This document shows positions 38,298-53,200 of a stretch of 64,000 nt of DNA, in pieces. Source of the stretch: the human T2T-CHM13v2.0 reference genome, Homo sapiens. Position numbers and translations under genes: made by a program. The notes under the pieces are model-generated. The model was not told the DNA's origin. It saw nothing but the letters and a program-made list of their open reading frames with translations, and searched no databases. Location: the NCBI RefSeq assembly GCF_009914755.1, contig NC_060937.1, one strand, 5' to 3'. Position 1 is the stretch's first letter. Every line of letters starts with the position of its first letter.

Positions 38298-41200
38298 TCA
38301 AAGCGCTCCAAATGTCCACATCCAGATACTCCAGAAAGAGTGTTTCAAACCTGCTCTATGAAAGGGAATCTTCAACTCTATGAGTTGAATGCAGACATCA
38401 GAAAGAAATTTCTGAGAATGCTGCTGTCTACCTTTTATTTGAATTCCCGCTTCCAACGAAATCCTCCAAGCTATCCAAATATCCACTTGCAGATTCCACA
38501 AAAAGAGTGTTTCAAAACTGCTCTCTATCAATGGCAAAGTTCAACTCTGTTAGTTGAGGACACATATCACCAACAAGTTTCTGAGAATGCTTCTGTCTAT
38601 TTTTTATGGGAAGATATTTCCTTTTTCACCGTAGGCGTCAAGGCGATCGAAATGTCCACTTCCACAAACTACAAAAAGAGTGTTTCAAACCTGCTCTATG
38701 AAAGGCCATGTTCATCTCTATGAGTCGAATGGAAATATCCGAAAGAAATTTCTGGGAATGCTGCTGTCTAGTTTTTATACGAATTCCCGCTTCCAACGAA
38801 ATCCTCAAAGCAATCCAAATATCCACTTGCAGAATCCACAAAAAGAGTGTTTCAAAACTGCTCTATCAATAGAAAGGTTCAACTCTTTTAGTTGAGTACA
38901 CACATCACAAACAAGTTTCTGAGAATGCTTCTGTCTGGCTTTTATTGGAAGACGTTTCCTTTTCACCAAAGGCATCAAAGCGCTCCAAATGTCCACTTCC
39001 AGATTCTTCCAAAAGAGTGTTTGAAACGTGCTCAAAGTAAGGGAATGTTCAACTCTGTGACTTGAATGCAGATATCACCAAGTAGTTTCTAATAGTGCTT
39101 CTGTCTAGATTTTAGATGATGATATTCCCGTTTCCAACGAAATCGTTAGAGCTATCCAAATATCCACTTACAGTTTCTACAAAAAGAGTGTTTCCAAACT
39201 GCTGCATCAAAAGAAAGGTTCAACTCTGTTAGTTGAGGACACACGTCACAAAGAAGTTTGTGAGAATGCTTCTGTCTAGATTTTGTATGACCATATTCCC
39301 TTTTCCAGCGATATCATTAAAGCAATCTAAATATCCATTTGCAGAATCCACAAAAATAGAGTTTCAAAGCTGCTCTGTAAAAAGAAAGGTTCCACTCTGT
39401 TAGCTGAGTACACACATCACAAACTTGTTTCTGAGAATCCTTCTGTCTCGTTTTTATGGGAAGATATTTACTTTTTCACCGTAGGCATCAAAGCGCTCCA
39501 AATGTCCACATCCAGATACTCCAGAAAGAGTGTTTCAAACCTGCTCTATGAAAGGGAATCTTCAACTCTATGAGTTGAATGCAGACATCAGAAAGAAATT
39601 TCTGAGAATGCTGCTGTCTACCTTTTATTTGAATTCCCGCTTCCAACGAAATCCTCCAAGCTATCCAAATATCCACCTGCATTTTCCACAAAAAGAGCGT
39701 TTCAAAACTGCTCTATCAATAGAAATGTTCAACTCCTTTGGCTGGGTACACACATCACAAACAAGGTTCTGAGAATGCTTCTGTCTAGTTTTTATGGGAA
39801 GACATTCCCTTTTTCACCAAAGGCATCAAAGCGCTCCAAATGTCCACTTCCAGACACTACAAAAAGAGTGTTTCCAACGTGCTCTAAGAAAGCGAATGTT
39901 CAACTCTGTGACTTGAATGCAGATATCACAAAGTAGTTTCTGAGAGGGCTTCTGTCTAGATTTTAGATGATGATATTCCCGTTTCCAACGAAATCATTAG
40001 AGCTATCCAAATATCCACTTACAGTTTCTACAAAAAGAGTGTTTCCAAACTGCTGCATCAAAAGAGAGGTTCCACTCTGTTAGCTGAGTACACACATCAC
40101 AAACTTGTTTCTCAGAATCCTTCTGTCTCGTTTTTATGGGAAGATATTTACTTTTTCACCGTAGGCATCAAAGCGCTCCAAATGTCCACATCCAGATACT
40201 CCAGAAAGAGTGTTTCAAACCTGCTCTATGAAAGGGAATCTTCAACTCTATGAGTTGAATGCAGACATCAGAAAGAAATTTCTGAGAATGCTGCTGTCTA
40301 CCTTTTATTTGAATTCCCGCTTCCAACGAAATCCTCCAAGCTATCCAAATATCCACTTGCAGATTCCACAAAAAGAGTGTTTCAAAACTGCTCTCTATCA
40401 ATGGCAAAGTTCAACTCTGTTAGTTGAGGACACATATCACCAACAAGTTTCTGAGAATGCTTCTGTCTATTTTTTATGGGAAGATATTTCCTTTTTCACC
40501 GTAGGCGTCAAGGCGATCGAAATGTCCACTTCCACAAACTACAAAAAGAGTGTTTCAAACCTGCTCTATGAAAGGCCATGTTCATCTCTATGAGTCGAAT
40601 GGAAATATCCGAAAGAAATTTCTGGGAATGCTGCTGTCTAGTTTTTATACGAATTCCCGCTTCCAACGAAATCCTCAAAGCAATCCAAATATCCACTTGC
40701 AGAATCCACAAAAAGAGTGTTTCAAAACTGCTCTATCAATAGAAAGGTTCAACTCTTTTAGTTGAGTACACACATCACAAACAAGTTTCTGAGAATGCTT
40801 CTGTCTGGCTTTTATTGGAAGACGTTTCCTTTTCACCAAAGGCATCAAAGCGCTCCAAATGTCCACTTCCAGATTCTTCCAAAAGAGTGTTTGAAACGTG
40901 CTCAAAGTAAGGGAATGTTCAACTCTGTGACTTGAATGCAGATATCACCAAGTAGTTTCTAATAGTGCTTCTGTCTAGATTTTAGATGATGATATTCCCG
41001 TTTCCAACGAAATCGTTAGAGCTATCCAAATATCCACTTACAGTTTCTACAAAAAGAGTGTTTCCAAACTGCTGCATCAAAAGAAAGGTTCAACTCTGTT
41101 AGTTGAGGACACACGTCACAAAGAAGTTTGTGAGAATGCTTCTGTCTAGATTTTGTATGACCATATTCCCTTTTCCAGCGATATCATTAAAGCAATCTAA

Positions 41201-44200
41201 ATATCCATTTGCAGAATCCACAAAAATAGAGTTTCAAAGCTGCTCTGTAAAAAGAAAGGTTCCACTCTGTTAGCTGAGTACACACATCACAAACTTGTTT
41301 CTGAGAATCCTTCTGTCTCGTTTTTATGGGAAGATATTTACTTTTTCACCGTAGGCATCAAAGCGCTCCAAATGTCCACATCCAGATACTCCAGAAAGAG
41401 TGTTTCAAACCTGCTCTATGAAAGGGAATCTTCAACTCTATGAGTTGAATGCAGACATCAGAAAGAAATTTCTGAGAATGCTGCTGTCTACCTTTTATTT
41501 GAATTCCCGCTTCCAACGAAATCCTCCAAGCTATCCAAATATCCACCTGCATTTTCCACAAAAAGAGCGTTTCAAAACTGCTCTATCAATAGAAATGTTC
41601 AACTCCTTTGGCTGGGTACACACATCACAAACAAGTTTCTGAGAATGCTTCTGTCTAGTTTTTATGGGAAGACATTCCCTTTTTCACCAAAGGCATCAAA
41701 GCGCTCCAAATGTCCACTTCCAGACACTACAAAAAGAGTGTTTCCAACGTGCTCTAAGAAAGCGAATGTTCAACTCTGTGACTTGAATGCAGATATCACA
41801 AAGTAGTTTCTGAGAGGGCTTCTGTCTAGATTTTAGATGATGATATTCCCGTTTCCAACGAAATCATTAGAGCTATCCAAATATCCACTTACAGTTTCTA
41901 CAAAAAGAGTGTTTCCAAACTGCTGCATCAAAAGAGAGGTTCCACTCTGTTAGCTGAGTACACACATCACAAACTTGTTTCTCAGAATCCTTCTGTCTCG
42001 TTTTTCTGGGAAGATATTTACTTTTTCACCGTAGGCATCAAAGCGCTCCAAATGTCCACATCCAGATACTCCAGAAAGAGTGTTTCAAACCTGCTCTATG
42101 AAAGGGAATCTTCAACTCTATGAGTTGAATGCAGACATCAGAAAGAAATTTCTGAGAATGCTGCTGTCTACCTTTTATTTGAATTCCCGCTTCCAACGAA
42201 ATCCTCCAAGCTATCCAAATATCCACTTGCAGATTCCACAAAAAGAGTGTTTCAAAACTGCTCTCTATCAATGGCAAAGTTCAACTCTGTTAGTTGAGGA
42301 CACATATCACCAACAAGTTTCTGAGAATGCTTCTGTCTATTTTTTATGGGAAGATATTTCCTTTTTCACCGTAGGCGTCAAGGCGATCGAAATGTCCACT
42401 TCCACAAACTACAAAAAGAGTGTTTCAAACCTGCTCTATGAAAGGCCATGTTCATCTCTATGAGTCGAATGGAAATATCCGAAAGAAATTTCTGGGAATG
42501 CTGCTGTCTAGTTTTTATACGAATTCCCGCTTCCAACGAAATCCTCAAAGCAATCCAAATATCCACTTGCAGAATCCACAAAAAGAGTGTTTCAAAACTG
42601 CTCTATCAATAGAAAGGTTCAACTCTTTTAGTTGAGTACACACATCACAAACAAGTTTCTGAGAATGCTTCTGTCTGGCTTTTATTGGAAGACGTTTCCT
42701 TTTCACCAAAGGCATCAAAGCGCTCCAAATGTCCACTTCCAGATTCTTCCAAAAGAGTGTTTGAAACGTGCTCAAAGTAAGGGAATGTTCAACTCTGTGA
42801 CTTGAATGCAGATATCACCAAGTAGTTTCTAATAGTGCTTCTGTCTAGATTTTAGATGATGATATTCCCGTTTCCAACGAAATCGTTAGAGCTATCCAAA
42901 TATCCACTTACAGTTTCTACAAAAAGAGTGTTTCCAAACTGCTGCATCAAAAGAAAGGTTCAACTCTGTTAGTTGAGGACACACATCACAAAGAAGTTTG
43001 TGAGAATGCTTCTGTCTAGATTTTGTATGACCATATTCCCTTTTCCAGCGATATCATTAAAGCAATCTAAATATCCATTTGCAGAATCCACAAAAATAGA
43101 GTTTCAAAGCTGCTCTGTAAAAAGAAAGGTTCCACTCTGTTAGCTGAGTACACACATCACAAACTTGTTTCTCAGAATCCTTCTGTCTCGTTTTTATGGG
43201 AAGATATTTACTTTTTCACCGTAGGCATCAAAGCGCTCCAAATGTCCACATCCAGATACTCCAGAAAGAGTGTTTCAAACCTGCTCTATGAAAGGGAATC
43301 TTCAACTCTATGAGTTGAATGCAGACATCAGAAAGAAATTTCTGAGAATGCTGCTGTCTACCTTTTATTTGAACTCCCGCTTCCAACGAAATCCTCCAAG
43401 CTATCCAAATATCCACTTGCATTTTCCACAAAAAGAGTGCTTCAAAACTGCTCTATCAATAAATGTTCAACTCCTTTAGCTGGGTGCACACATCACAAAC
43501 AAGTTTCTGAGAATGCTTCTGTCTAGTTTTTATGGGAAGACATTCCCTTTTTCACCAAAGGCATCAAAGCGCTCCAAATGTCCACTTCCAGACACTACAA
43601 AAAGAGTGTTTCCAACGTGCTCTAAGAAAGCGAATGTTCAACTCTGTGACTTGAATGCAGATATCACAAAGTAGTTTCTGAGAGGGCTTCTGTCTAGATT
43701 TTAGATGATGATATTCCCGTTTCCAACGAAATCATTAGAGCTATCCAAATATCCACTTACAGTTTCTACAAAAAGAGTGTTTCCAAACTGCTGCATCAAA
43801 AGAGAGGTTCCACTCTGTTAGCTGAGTACACACATCACAAACTTGTTTCTGAGAATCCTTCTGTGTCGTTTTTATGGGAAGATATTTACTTTTTCACCGT
43901 AGGCATCAAAGCGCTCCAAATGTCCACATCCAGATACTCCAGAAAGAGTGTTTCAAACCTGCTCTATGAAAGGGAATCTTCAACTCTATGAGTTGAATGC
44001 AGACATCAGAAAGAAATTTCTGAGAATGCTGCTGTCTACCTTTTATTTGAATTCCCGCTTCCAACGAAATCCTCCAAGCTATCCAAATATCCACTTGCAG
44101 ATTCCACAAAAAGAGTGTTTCAAAACTGCTCTCTATCAATGGCAAAGTTCAACTCTGTTAGTTGAGGACACATATCACCAACAAGTTTCTGAGAATGCTT

Positions 44201-47200
44201 CTGTCTATTTTTTATGGGAAGATATTTCCTTTTTCACCGTAGGCGTCAAGGCGATCGAAATGTCCACTTCCACAAACTACAAAAAGAGTGTTTCAAACCT
44301 GCTCTATGAAAGGCCATGTTCATCTCTATGAGTCGAATGGAAATATCCGAAAGAAATTTCTGGGAATGCTGCTGTCTAGTTTTTATACGAATTCCCGCTT
44401 CCAACGAAATCCTCAAAGCAATCCAAATATCCACTTGCAGAATCCACAAAAAGAGTGTTTCAAAACTGCTCTATCAATAGAAAGGTTCAACTCTTTTAGT
44501 TGAGTACACACATCACAAACAAGTTTCTGAGAATGCTTCTGTCTGGCTTTTATTGGAAGACGTTTCCTTTTCACCAAAGGCATCAAAGCGCTCCAAATGT
44601 CCACTTCCAGATTCTTCCAAAAGAGTGTTTGAAACGTGCTCAAAGTAAGGGAATGTTCAACTCTGTGACTTGAATGCAGATATCACCAAGTAGTTTCTAA
44701 TAGTGCTTCTGTCTAGATTTTAGATGATGATATTCCCGTTTCCAACGAAATCGTTAGAGCTATCCAAATATCCACTTACAGTTTCTACAAAAAGAGTGTT
44801 TCCAAACTGCTGCATCAAAAGAAAGGTTCAACTCTGTTAGTTGAGGACACACGTCACAAAGAAGTTTGTGAGAATGCTTCTGTCTAGATTTTGTATGACC
44901 ATATTCCCTTTTCCAGCGATATCATTAAAGCAATCTAAATATCCATTTGCAGAATCCACAAAAATAGAGTTTCAAAGCTGCTCTGTAAAAAGAAAGGTTC
45001 CACTCTGTTAGCTGAGTACACACATCACAAACTTGTTTCTGAGAATCCTTCTGTCTCGTTTTTATGGGAAGATATTTACTTTTTCACCGTAGGCATCAAA
45101 GCGCTCCAAATGTCCACATCCAGATACTCCAGAAAGAGTGTTTCAAACCTGCTCTATGAAAGGGAATCTTCAACTCTATGAGTTGAATGCAGACATCAGA
45201 AAGAAATTTCTGAGAATGCTGCTGTCTACCTTTTATTTGAATTCCCGCTTCCAACGAAATCCTCCAAGCTATCCAAATATCCACCTGCATTTTCCACAAA
45301 AAGAGCGTTTCAAAACTGCTCTATCAATAGAAATGTTCAACTCCTTTGGCTGGGTACACACATCACAAACAAGTTTCTGAGAATGCTTCTGTCTAGTTTT
45401 TATGGGAAGACATTCCCTTTTTCACCAAAGGCATCAAAGCGCTCCAAATGTCCACTTCCAGACACTACAAAAAGAGTGTTTCCAACGTGCTCTAAGAAAG
45501 CGAATGTTCAACTCTGTGACTTGAATGCAGATATCACAAAGTAGTTTCTGAGAGGGCTTCTGTCTAGATTTTAGATGATGATATTCCCGTTTCCAACGAA
45601 ATCATTAGAGCTATCCAAATATCCACTTACAGTTTCTACAAAAAGAGTGTTTCCAAACTGCTGCATCAAAAGAGAGGTTCCACTCTGTTAGCTGAGTACA
45701 CACATCACAAACTTGTTTCTCAGAATCCTTCTGTCTCGTTTTTCTGGGAAGATATTTACTTTTTCACCGTAGGCATCAAAGCGCTCCAAATGTCCACATC
45801 CAGATACTCCAGAAAGAGTGTTTCAAACCTGCTCTATGAAAGGGAATCTTCAACTCTATGAGTTGAATGCAGACATCAGAAAGAAATTTCTGAGAATGCT
45901 GCTGTCTACCTTTTATTTGAATTCCCGCTTCCAACGAAATCCTCCAAGCTATCCAAATATCCACTTGCAGATTCCACAAAAAGAGTGTTTCAAAACTGCT
46001 CTCTATCAATGGCAAAGTTCAACTCTGTTAGTTGAGGACACATATCACCAACAAGTTTCTGAGAATGCTTCTGTCTATTTTTTATGGGAAGATATTTCCT
46101 TTTTCACCGTAGGCGTCAAGGCGATCGAAATGTCCACTTCCACAAACTACAAAAAGAGTGTTTCAAACCTGCTCTATGAAAGGCCATGTTCATCTCTATG
46201 AGTCGAATGGAAATATCCGAAAGAAATTTCTGGGAATGCTGCTGTCTAGTTTTTATACGAATTCCCGCTTCCAACGAAATCCTCAAAGCAATCCAAATAT
46301 CCACTTGCAGAATCCACAAAAAGAGTGTTTCAAAACTGCTCTATCAATAGAAAGGTTCAACTCTTTTAGTTGAGTACACACATCACAAACAAGTTTCTGA
46401 GAATGCTTCTGTCTGGCTTTTATTGGAAGATGTTTCCTTTTCACCAAAGGCATCAAAGCGCTCCAAATGTCCACTTCCAGATTCTTCCAAAAGAGTGTTT
46501 GAAACGTGCTCAAAGTAAGGGAATGTTCAACTCCGTGACTTGAATGCAGATATCACCAAGTAGTTTCTAATAGTGCTTCTGTCTAGATTTTAGATGATGA
46601 TATTCCCGTTTCCAACGAAATCGTTAGAGCTATCCAAATATCCACTTACAGTTGCTACAAAAAGAGTGTTTCCAAACTGCTGCATCAAAAGAAAGGTTCA
46701 ACTCTGTTAGTTGAGGACACACATCACAAAGAAGTTTGTGAGAATGCTTCTGTCTAGATTTTGTATGACCATATTCCCTTTTCCAGCGATATCATTAAAG
46801 CAATCTAAATATCCATTTGCAGAATCCACAAAAATAGAGTTTCAAAGCTGCTCTGTAAAAAGAAAGGTTCCACTCTGTTAGCTGAGTACACACATCACAA
46901 ACTTGTTTCTCAGAATCCTTCTGTCTCGTTTTTATGGGAAGATATTTACTTTTTCACCGTAGGCATCAAAGCGCTCCAAATGTCCACATCCAGATACTCC
47001 AGAAAGAGTGTTTCAAACCTGCTCTATGAAAGGGAATCTTCAACTCTATGAGTTGAATGCAGACATCAGAAAGAAATTTCTGAGAATGCTGCTGTCTACC
47101 TTTTATTTGAACTCCCGCTTCCAACGAAATCCTCCAAGCTATCCAAATATCCACTTGCATTTTCCACAAAAAGAGTGCTTCAAAACTGCTCTATCAATAA

Positions 47201-50200
47201 ATGTTCAACTCCTTTAGCTGGGTGCACACATCACAAACAAGTTTCTGAGAATGCTTCTGTCTAGTTTTTATGGGAAGACATTCCCTTTTTCACCAAAGGC
47301 ATCAAAGCGCTCCAAATGTCCACTTCCAGACACTACAAAAAGAGTGTTTCCAACGTGCTCTAAGAAAGCGAATGTTCAACTCTGTGACTTGAATGCAGAT
47401 ATCACAAAGTAGTTTCTGAGAGGGCTTCTGTCTAGATTTTAGATGATGATATTCCCGTTTCCAACGAAATCATTAGAGCTATCCAAATATCCACTTACAG
47501 TTTCTACAAAAAGAGTGTTTCCAAACTGCTGCATCAAAAGAGAGGTTCCACTCTGTTAGCTGAGTACACACATCACAAACTTGTTTCTCAGAATCCTTCT
47601 GTCTCGTTTTTCTGGGAAGATATTTACTTTTTCACCGTAGGCATCAAAGCGCTCCAAATGTCCACATCCAGATACTCCAGAAAGAGTGTTTCAAACCTGC
47701 TCTATGAAAGGGAATCTTCAACTCTATGAGTTGAATGCAGACATCAGAAAGAAATTTCTGAGAATGCTGCTGTCTACCTTTTATTTGAATTCCCGCTTCC
47801 AACGAAATCCTCCAAGCTATCCAAATATCCACTTGCAGATTCCACAAAAAGAGTGTTTCAAAACTGCTCTCTATCAATGGCAAAGTTCAACTCTGTTAGT
47901 TGAGGACACATATCACCAACAAGTTTCTGAGAATGCTTCTGTCTATTTTTTATGGGAAGATATTTCCTTTTTCACCGTAGGCGTCAAGGCGATCGAAATG
48001 TCCACTTCCACAAACTACAAAAAGAGTGTTTCAAACCTGCTCTATGAAAGGCCATGTTCATCTCTATGAGTCGAATGGAAATATCCGAAAGAAATTTCTG
48101 GGAATGCTGCTGTCTAGTTTTTATACGAATTCCCGCTTCCAACGAAATCCTCAAAGCAATCCAAATATCCACTTGCAGAATCCACAAAAAGAGTGTTTCA
48201 AAACTGCTCTATCAATAGAAAGGTTCAACTCTTTTAGTTGAGTACACACATCACAAACAAGTTTCTGAGAATGCTTCTGTCTGGCTTTTATTGGAAGACG
48301 TTTCCTTTTCACCAAAGGCATCAAAGCGCTCCAAATGTCCACTTCCAGATTCTTCCAAAAGAGTGTTTGAAACGTGCTCAAAGTAAGGGAATGTTCAACT
48401 CTGTGACTTGAATGCAGATATCACCAAGTAGTTTCTAATAGTGCTTCTGTCTAGATTTTAGATGATGATATTCCCGTTTCCAACGAAATCGTTAGAGCTA
48501 TCCAAATATCCACTTACAGTTGCTACAAAAACAGTGTTTCCAAACTGCTGCATCAAAAGAAAGGTTCAACTCTGTTAGTTGAGGACACACATCACAAAGA
48601 AGTTTGTGAGAATGCTTCTGTCTAGATTTTGTATGACCATATTCCCTTTTCCAGCGATATCATTAAAGCAATCTAAATATCCATTTGCAGAATCCACAAA
48701 AATAGAGTTTCAAAGCTGCTCTGTAAAAAGAAAGGTTCCACTCTGTTAGCTGAGTACACACATCACAAACTTGTTTCTCAGAATCCTTCTGTCTCGTTTT
48801 TCTGGGAAGATATTTACTTTTTCACCGTAGGCATCAAAGCGCTCCAAATGTCCACATCCAGATACTCCAGAAAGAGTGTTTCAAACCTGCTCTATGAAAG
48901 GGAATCTTCAACTCTATGAGTTGAATGCAGACATCAGAAAGAAATTTCTGAGAATGCTGCTGTCTACCTTTTATTTGAATTCCCGCTTCCAACGAAATCC
49001 TCCAAGCTATCCAAATATCCACCTGCATTTTCCACAAAAAGAGCGTTTCAAAACTGCTCTATCAATAGAAATGTTCAACTCCTTTGGCTGGGTACACACA
49101 TCACAAACAAGTTTCTGAGAATGCTTCTGTCTAGTTTTTATGGGAAGACATTCCCTTTTTCACCAAAGGCATCAAAGCGCTCCAAATGTCCACTTCCAGA
49201 CACTACAAAAAGAGTGTTTCCAACGTGCTCTAAGAAAGCGAATGTTCAACTCTGTGACTTGAATGCAGATATCACAAAGTAGTTTCTGAGAGGGCTTCTG
49301 TCTAGATTTTAGATGATGATATTCCCGTTTCCAACGAAATCATTAGAGCTATCCAAATATCCACTTACAGTTTCTACAAAAAGAGTGTTTCCAAACTGCT
49401 GCATCAAAAGAGAGGTTCCACTCTGTTAGCTGAGTACACACATCACAAACTTGTTTCTCAGAATCCTTCTGTCTCGTTTTTCTGGGAAGATATTTACTTT
49501 TTCACCGTAGGCATCAAAGCGCTCCAAATGTCCACATCCAGATACTCCAGAAAGAGTGTTTCAAACCTGCTCTATGAAAGGGAATCTTCAACTCTATGAG
49601 TTGAATGCAGACATCAGAAAGAAATTTCTGAGAATGCTGCTGTCTACCTTTTATTTGAATTCCCGCTTCCAACGAAATCCTCCAAGCTATCCAAATATCC
49701 ACTTGCAGATTCCACAAAAAGAGTGTTTCAAAACTGCTCTCTATCAATGGCAAAGTTCAACTCTGTTAGTTGAGGACACATATCACCAACAAGTTTCTGA
49801 GAATGCTTCTGTCTATTTTTTATGGGAAGATATTTCCTTTTTCACCGTAGGCGTCAAGGCGATCGAAATGTCCACTTCCACAAACTACAAAAAGAGTGTT
49901 TCAAACCTGCTCTATGAAAGGCCATGTTCATCTCTATGAGTCGAATGGAAATATCCGAAAGAAATTTCTGGGAATGCTGCTGTCTAGTTTTTATACGAAT
50001 TCCCGCTTCCAACGAAATCCTCAAAGCAATCCAAATATCCACTTGCAGAATCCACAAAAAGAGTGTTTCAAAACTGCTCTATCAATAGAAAGGTTCAACT
50101 CTTTTAGTTGAGTACACACATCACAAACAAGTTTCTGAGAATGCTTCTGTCTGGCTTTTATTGGAAGACGTTTCCTTTTCACCAAAGGCATCAAAGCGCT

Positions 50201-53200
50201 CCAAATGTCCACTTCCAGATTCTTCCAAAAGAGTGTTTGAAACGTGCTCAAAGTAAGGGAATGTTCAACTCTGTGACTTGAATGCAGATATCACCAAGTA
50301 GTTTCTAATAGTGCTTCTGTCTAGATTTTAGATGATGATATTCCCGTTTCCAACGAAATCGTTAGAGCTATCCAAATATCCACTTACAGTTGCTACAAAA
50401 ACAGTGTTTCCAAACTGCTGCATCAAAAGAAAGGTTCAACTCTGTTAGTTGAGGACACACGTCACAAAGAAGTTTGTGAGAATGCTTCTGTCTAGATTTT
50501 GTATGACGATATTCCCTTTTCCAACGATATCATTAAAGCAATCTAAATATCCATTTGCAGAATCCACAAAAATAGAGTTTCAAAGCTGCTCTGTAAAAAG
50601 AAAGGTTCCACTCTGTTAGCTGAGTACACACATCACAAACTTGTTTCTCAGAATCCTTCTGTCTCGTTTTTATGGGAAGATATTTACTTTTTCACCGTAG
50701 GCATCAAAGCGCTCCAAATGTCCACATCCAGATACTCCAGAAAGAGTGTTTCAAACCTGCTCTATGAAAGGGAATCTTCAACTCTATGAGTTGAATGCAG
50801 ACATCAGAAAGAAATTTCTGAGAATGCTGCTGTCTACCTTTTATTTGAATTCCCGCTTCCAACGAAATCCTCCAAGCTATCCAAATATCCACTTGCAGAT
50901 TCCACAAAAAGAGTGTTTCAAAACTGCTCTCTATCAATGGCAAAGTTGAACTCTGTTAGTTGAGGACACATATCACCAACAAGTTTCTGAGAATGCTTCT
51001 GTCTATTTTTTATGGGAAGATATTTCCTTTTTCACCGTAGGCGTCAAGGCGATCGAAATGTCCACTTCCACAAACTACAAAAAGAGTGTTTCAAACCTGC
51101 TCTATGAAAGGCCATGTTCATCTCTATGAGTCGAATGGAAATATCCGAAAGAAATTTCTGGGAATGCTGCTGTCTAGTTTTTATACGAATTCCCGCTTCC
51201 AACGAAATCCTCAAAGCAATCCAAATATCCACTTGCAGAATCCACAAAAAGAGTGTTTCAAAACTGCTCTATCAATAGAAAGGTTCAACTCTTTTAGTTG
51301 AGTACACACATCACAAACAAGTTTCTGAGAATGCTTCTGTCTGGCTTTTATTGGAAGACGTTTCCTTTTCACCAAAGGCATCAAAGCGCTCCAAATGTCC
51401 ACTTCCAGATTCTTCCAAAAGAGTGTTTGAAACGTGCTCAAAGTAAGGGAATGTTCAACTCTGTGACTTGAATGCAGATATCACCAAGTAGTTTCTAATA
51501 GTGCTTCTGTCTAGATTTTAGATGATGATATTCCCGTTTCCAACGAAATCGTTAGAGCTATCCAAATATCCACTTACAGTTGCTACAAAAACAGTGTTTC
51601 CAAACTGCTGCATCAAAAGAAAGGTTCAACTCTGTTAGTTGAGGACACACGTCACAAAGAAGTTTGTGAGAATGCTTCTGTCTAGATTTTGTATGACGAT
51701 ATTCCCTTTTCCAACGATATCGTTAAAGCAATCTAAATATCCATTTGCAGAATCCACAAAAATAGAGTTTCAAAGCTGCTCTGTAAAAAGAAAGGTTCCA
51801 CTCTGTTAGCTGAGTACACACATCACAAACTTGTTTCTCAGAATCCTTCTGTCTCGTTTTTCTGGGAAGATATTTACTTTTTCACCGTAGGCATCAAAGC
51901 GCTCCAAATGTCCACATCCAGATACTCCAGAAAGAGTGTTTCAAACCTGCTCTATGAAAGGGAATCTTCAACTCTATGAGTTGAATGCAGACATCAGAAA
52001 GAAATTTCTGAGAATGCTGCTGTCTACCTTTTATTTGAATTCCCGCTTCCAACGAAATCCTCCAAGCTATCCAAATATCCACTTGCAGATTCCACAAAAA
52101 GAGTGTTTCAAAACTGCTCTCTATCAATGGCAAAGTTCAACTCTGTTAGTTGAGGACACATATCACCAACAAGTTTCTGAGAATGCTTCTGTCTATTTTT
52201 TATGGGAAGATATTTCCTTTTTCACCGTAGGCGTCAAGGCGATCGAAATGTCCACTTCCACAAACTACAAAAAGAGTGTTTCAAACCTGCTCTATGAAAG
52301 GCCATGTTCATCTCTATGAGTCGAATGGAAATATCCGAAAGAAATTTCTGGGAATGCTGCTGTCTAGTTTTTATACGAATTCCCGCTTCCAACGAAATCC
52401 TCAAAGCAATCCAAATATCCACTTGCAGAATCCACAAAAAGAGTGTTTCAAAACTGCTCTATCAATAGAAAGGTTCAACTCTTTTAGTTGAGTACACACA
52501 TCACAAACAAGTTTCTGAGAATGCTTCTGTCTGGCTTTTATTGGAAGACGTTTCCTTTTCACCAAAGGCATCAAAGCGCTCCAAATGTCCACTTCCAGAT
52601 TCTTCCAAAAGAGTGTTTGAAACGTGCTCAAAGTAAGGGAATGTTCAACTCTGTGACTTGAATGCAGATATCACCAAGTAGTTTCTAATAGTGCTTCTGT
52701 CTAGATTTTAGATGATGATATTCCCGTTTCCAACGAAATCGTTAGAGCTATCCAAATATCCACTTACAGTTTCTACAAAAAGAGTGTTTCCAAACTGCTG
52801 CATCAAAAGAAAGGTTCAACTCTGTTAGTTGAGGACACACATCACAAAGAAGTTTGTGAGAATGCTTCTGTCTAGATTTTGTATGACCATATTCCCTTTT
52901 CCAGCGATATCATTAAAGCAATCTAAATATCCATTTGCAGAATCCACAAAAATAGAGTTTCAAAGCTGCTCTGTAAAAAGAAAGGTTCCACTCTGTTAGC
53001 TGAGTACACACATCACAAACTTGTTTCTCAGAATCCTTCTGTCTCGTTTTTCTGGGAAGATATTTACTTTTTCACCGTAGGCATCAAAGCGCTCCAAATG
53101 TCCACATCCAGATACTCCAGAAAGAGTGTTTCAAACCTGCTCTATGAAAGGGAATCTTCAACTCTATGAGTTGAATGCAGACATCAGAAAGAAATTTCTG

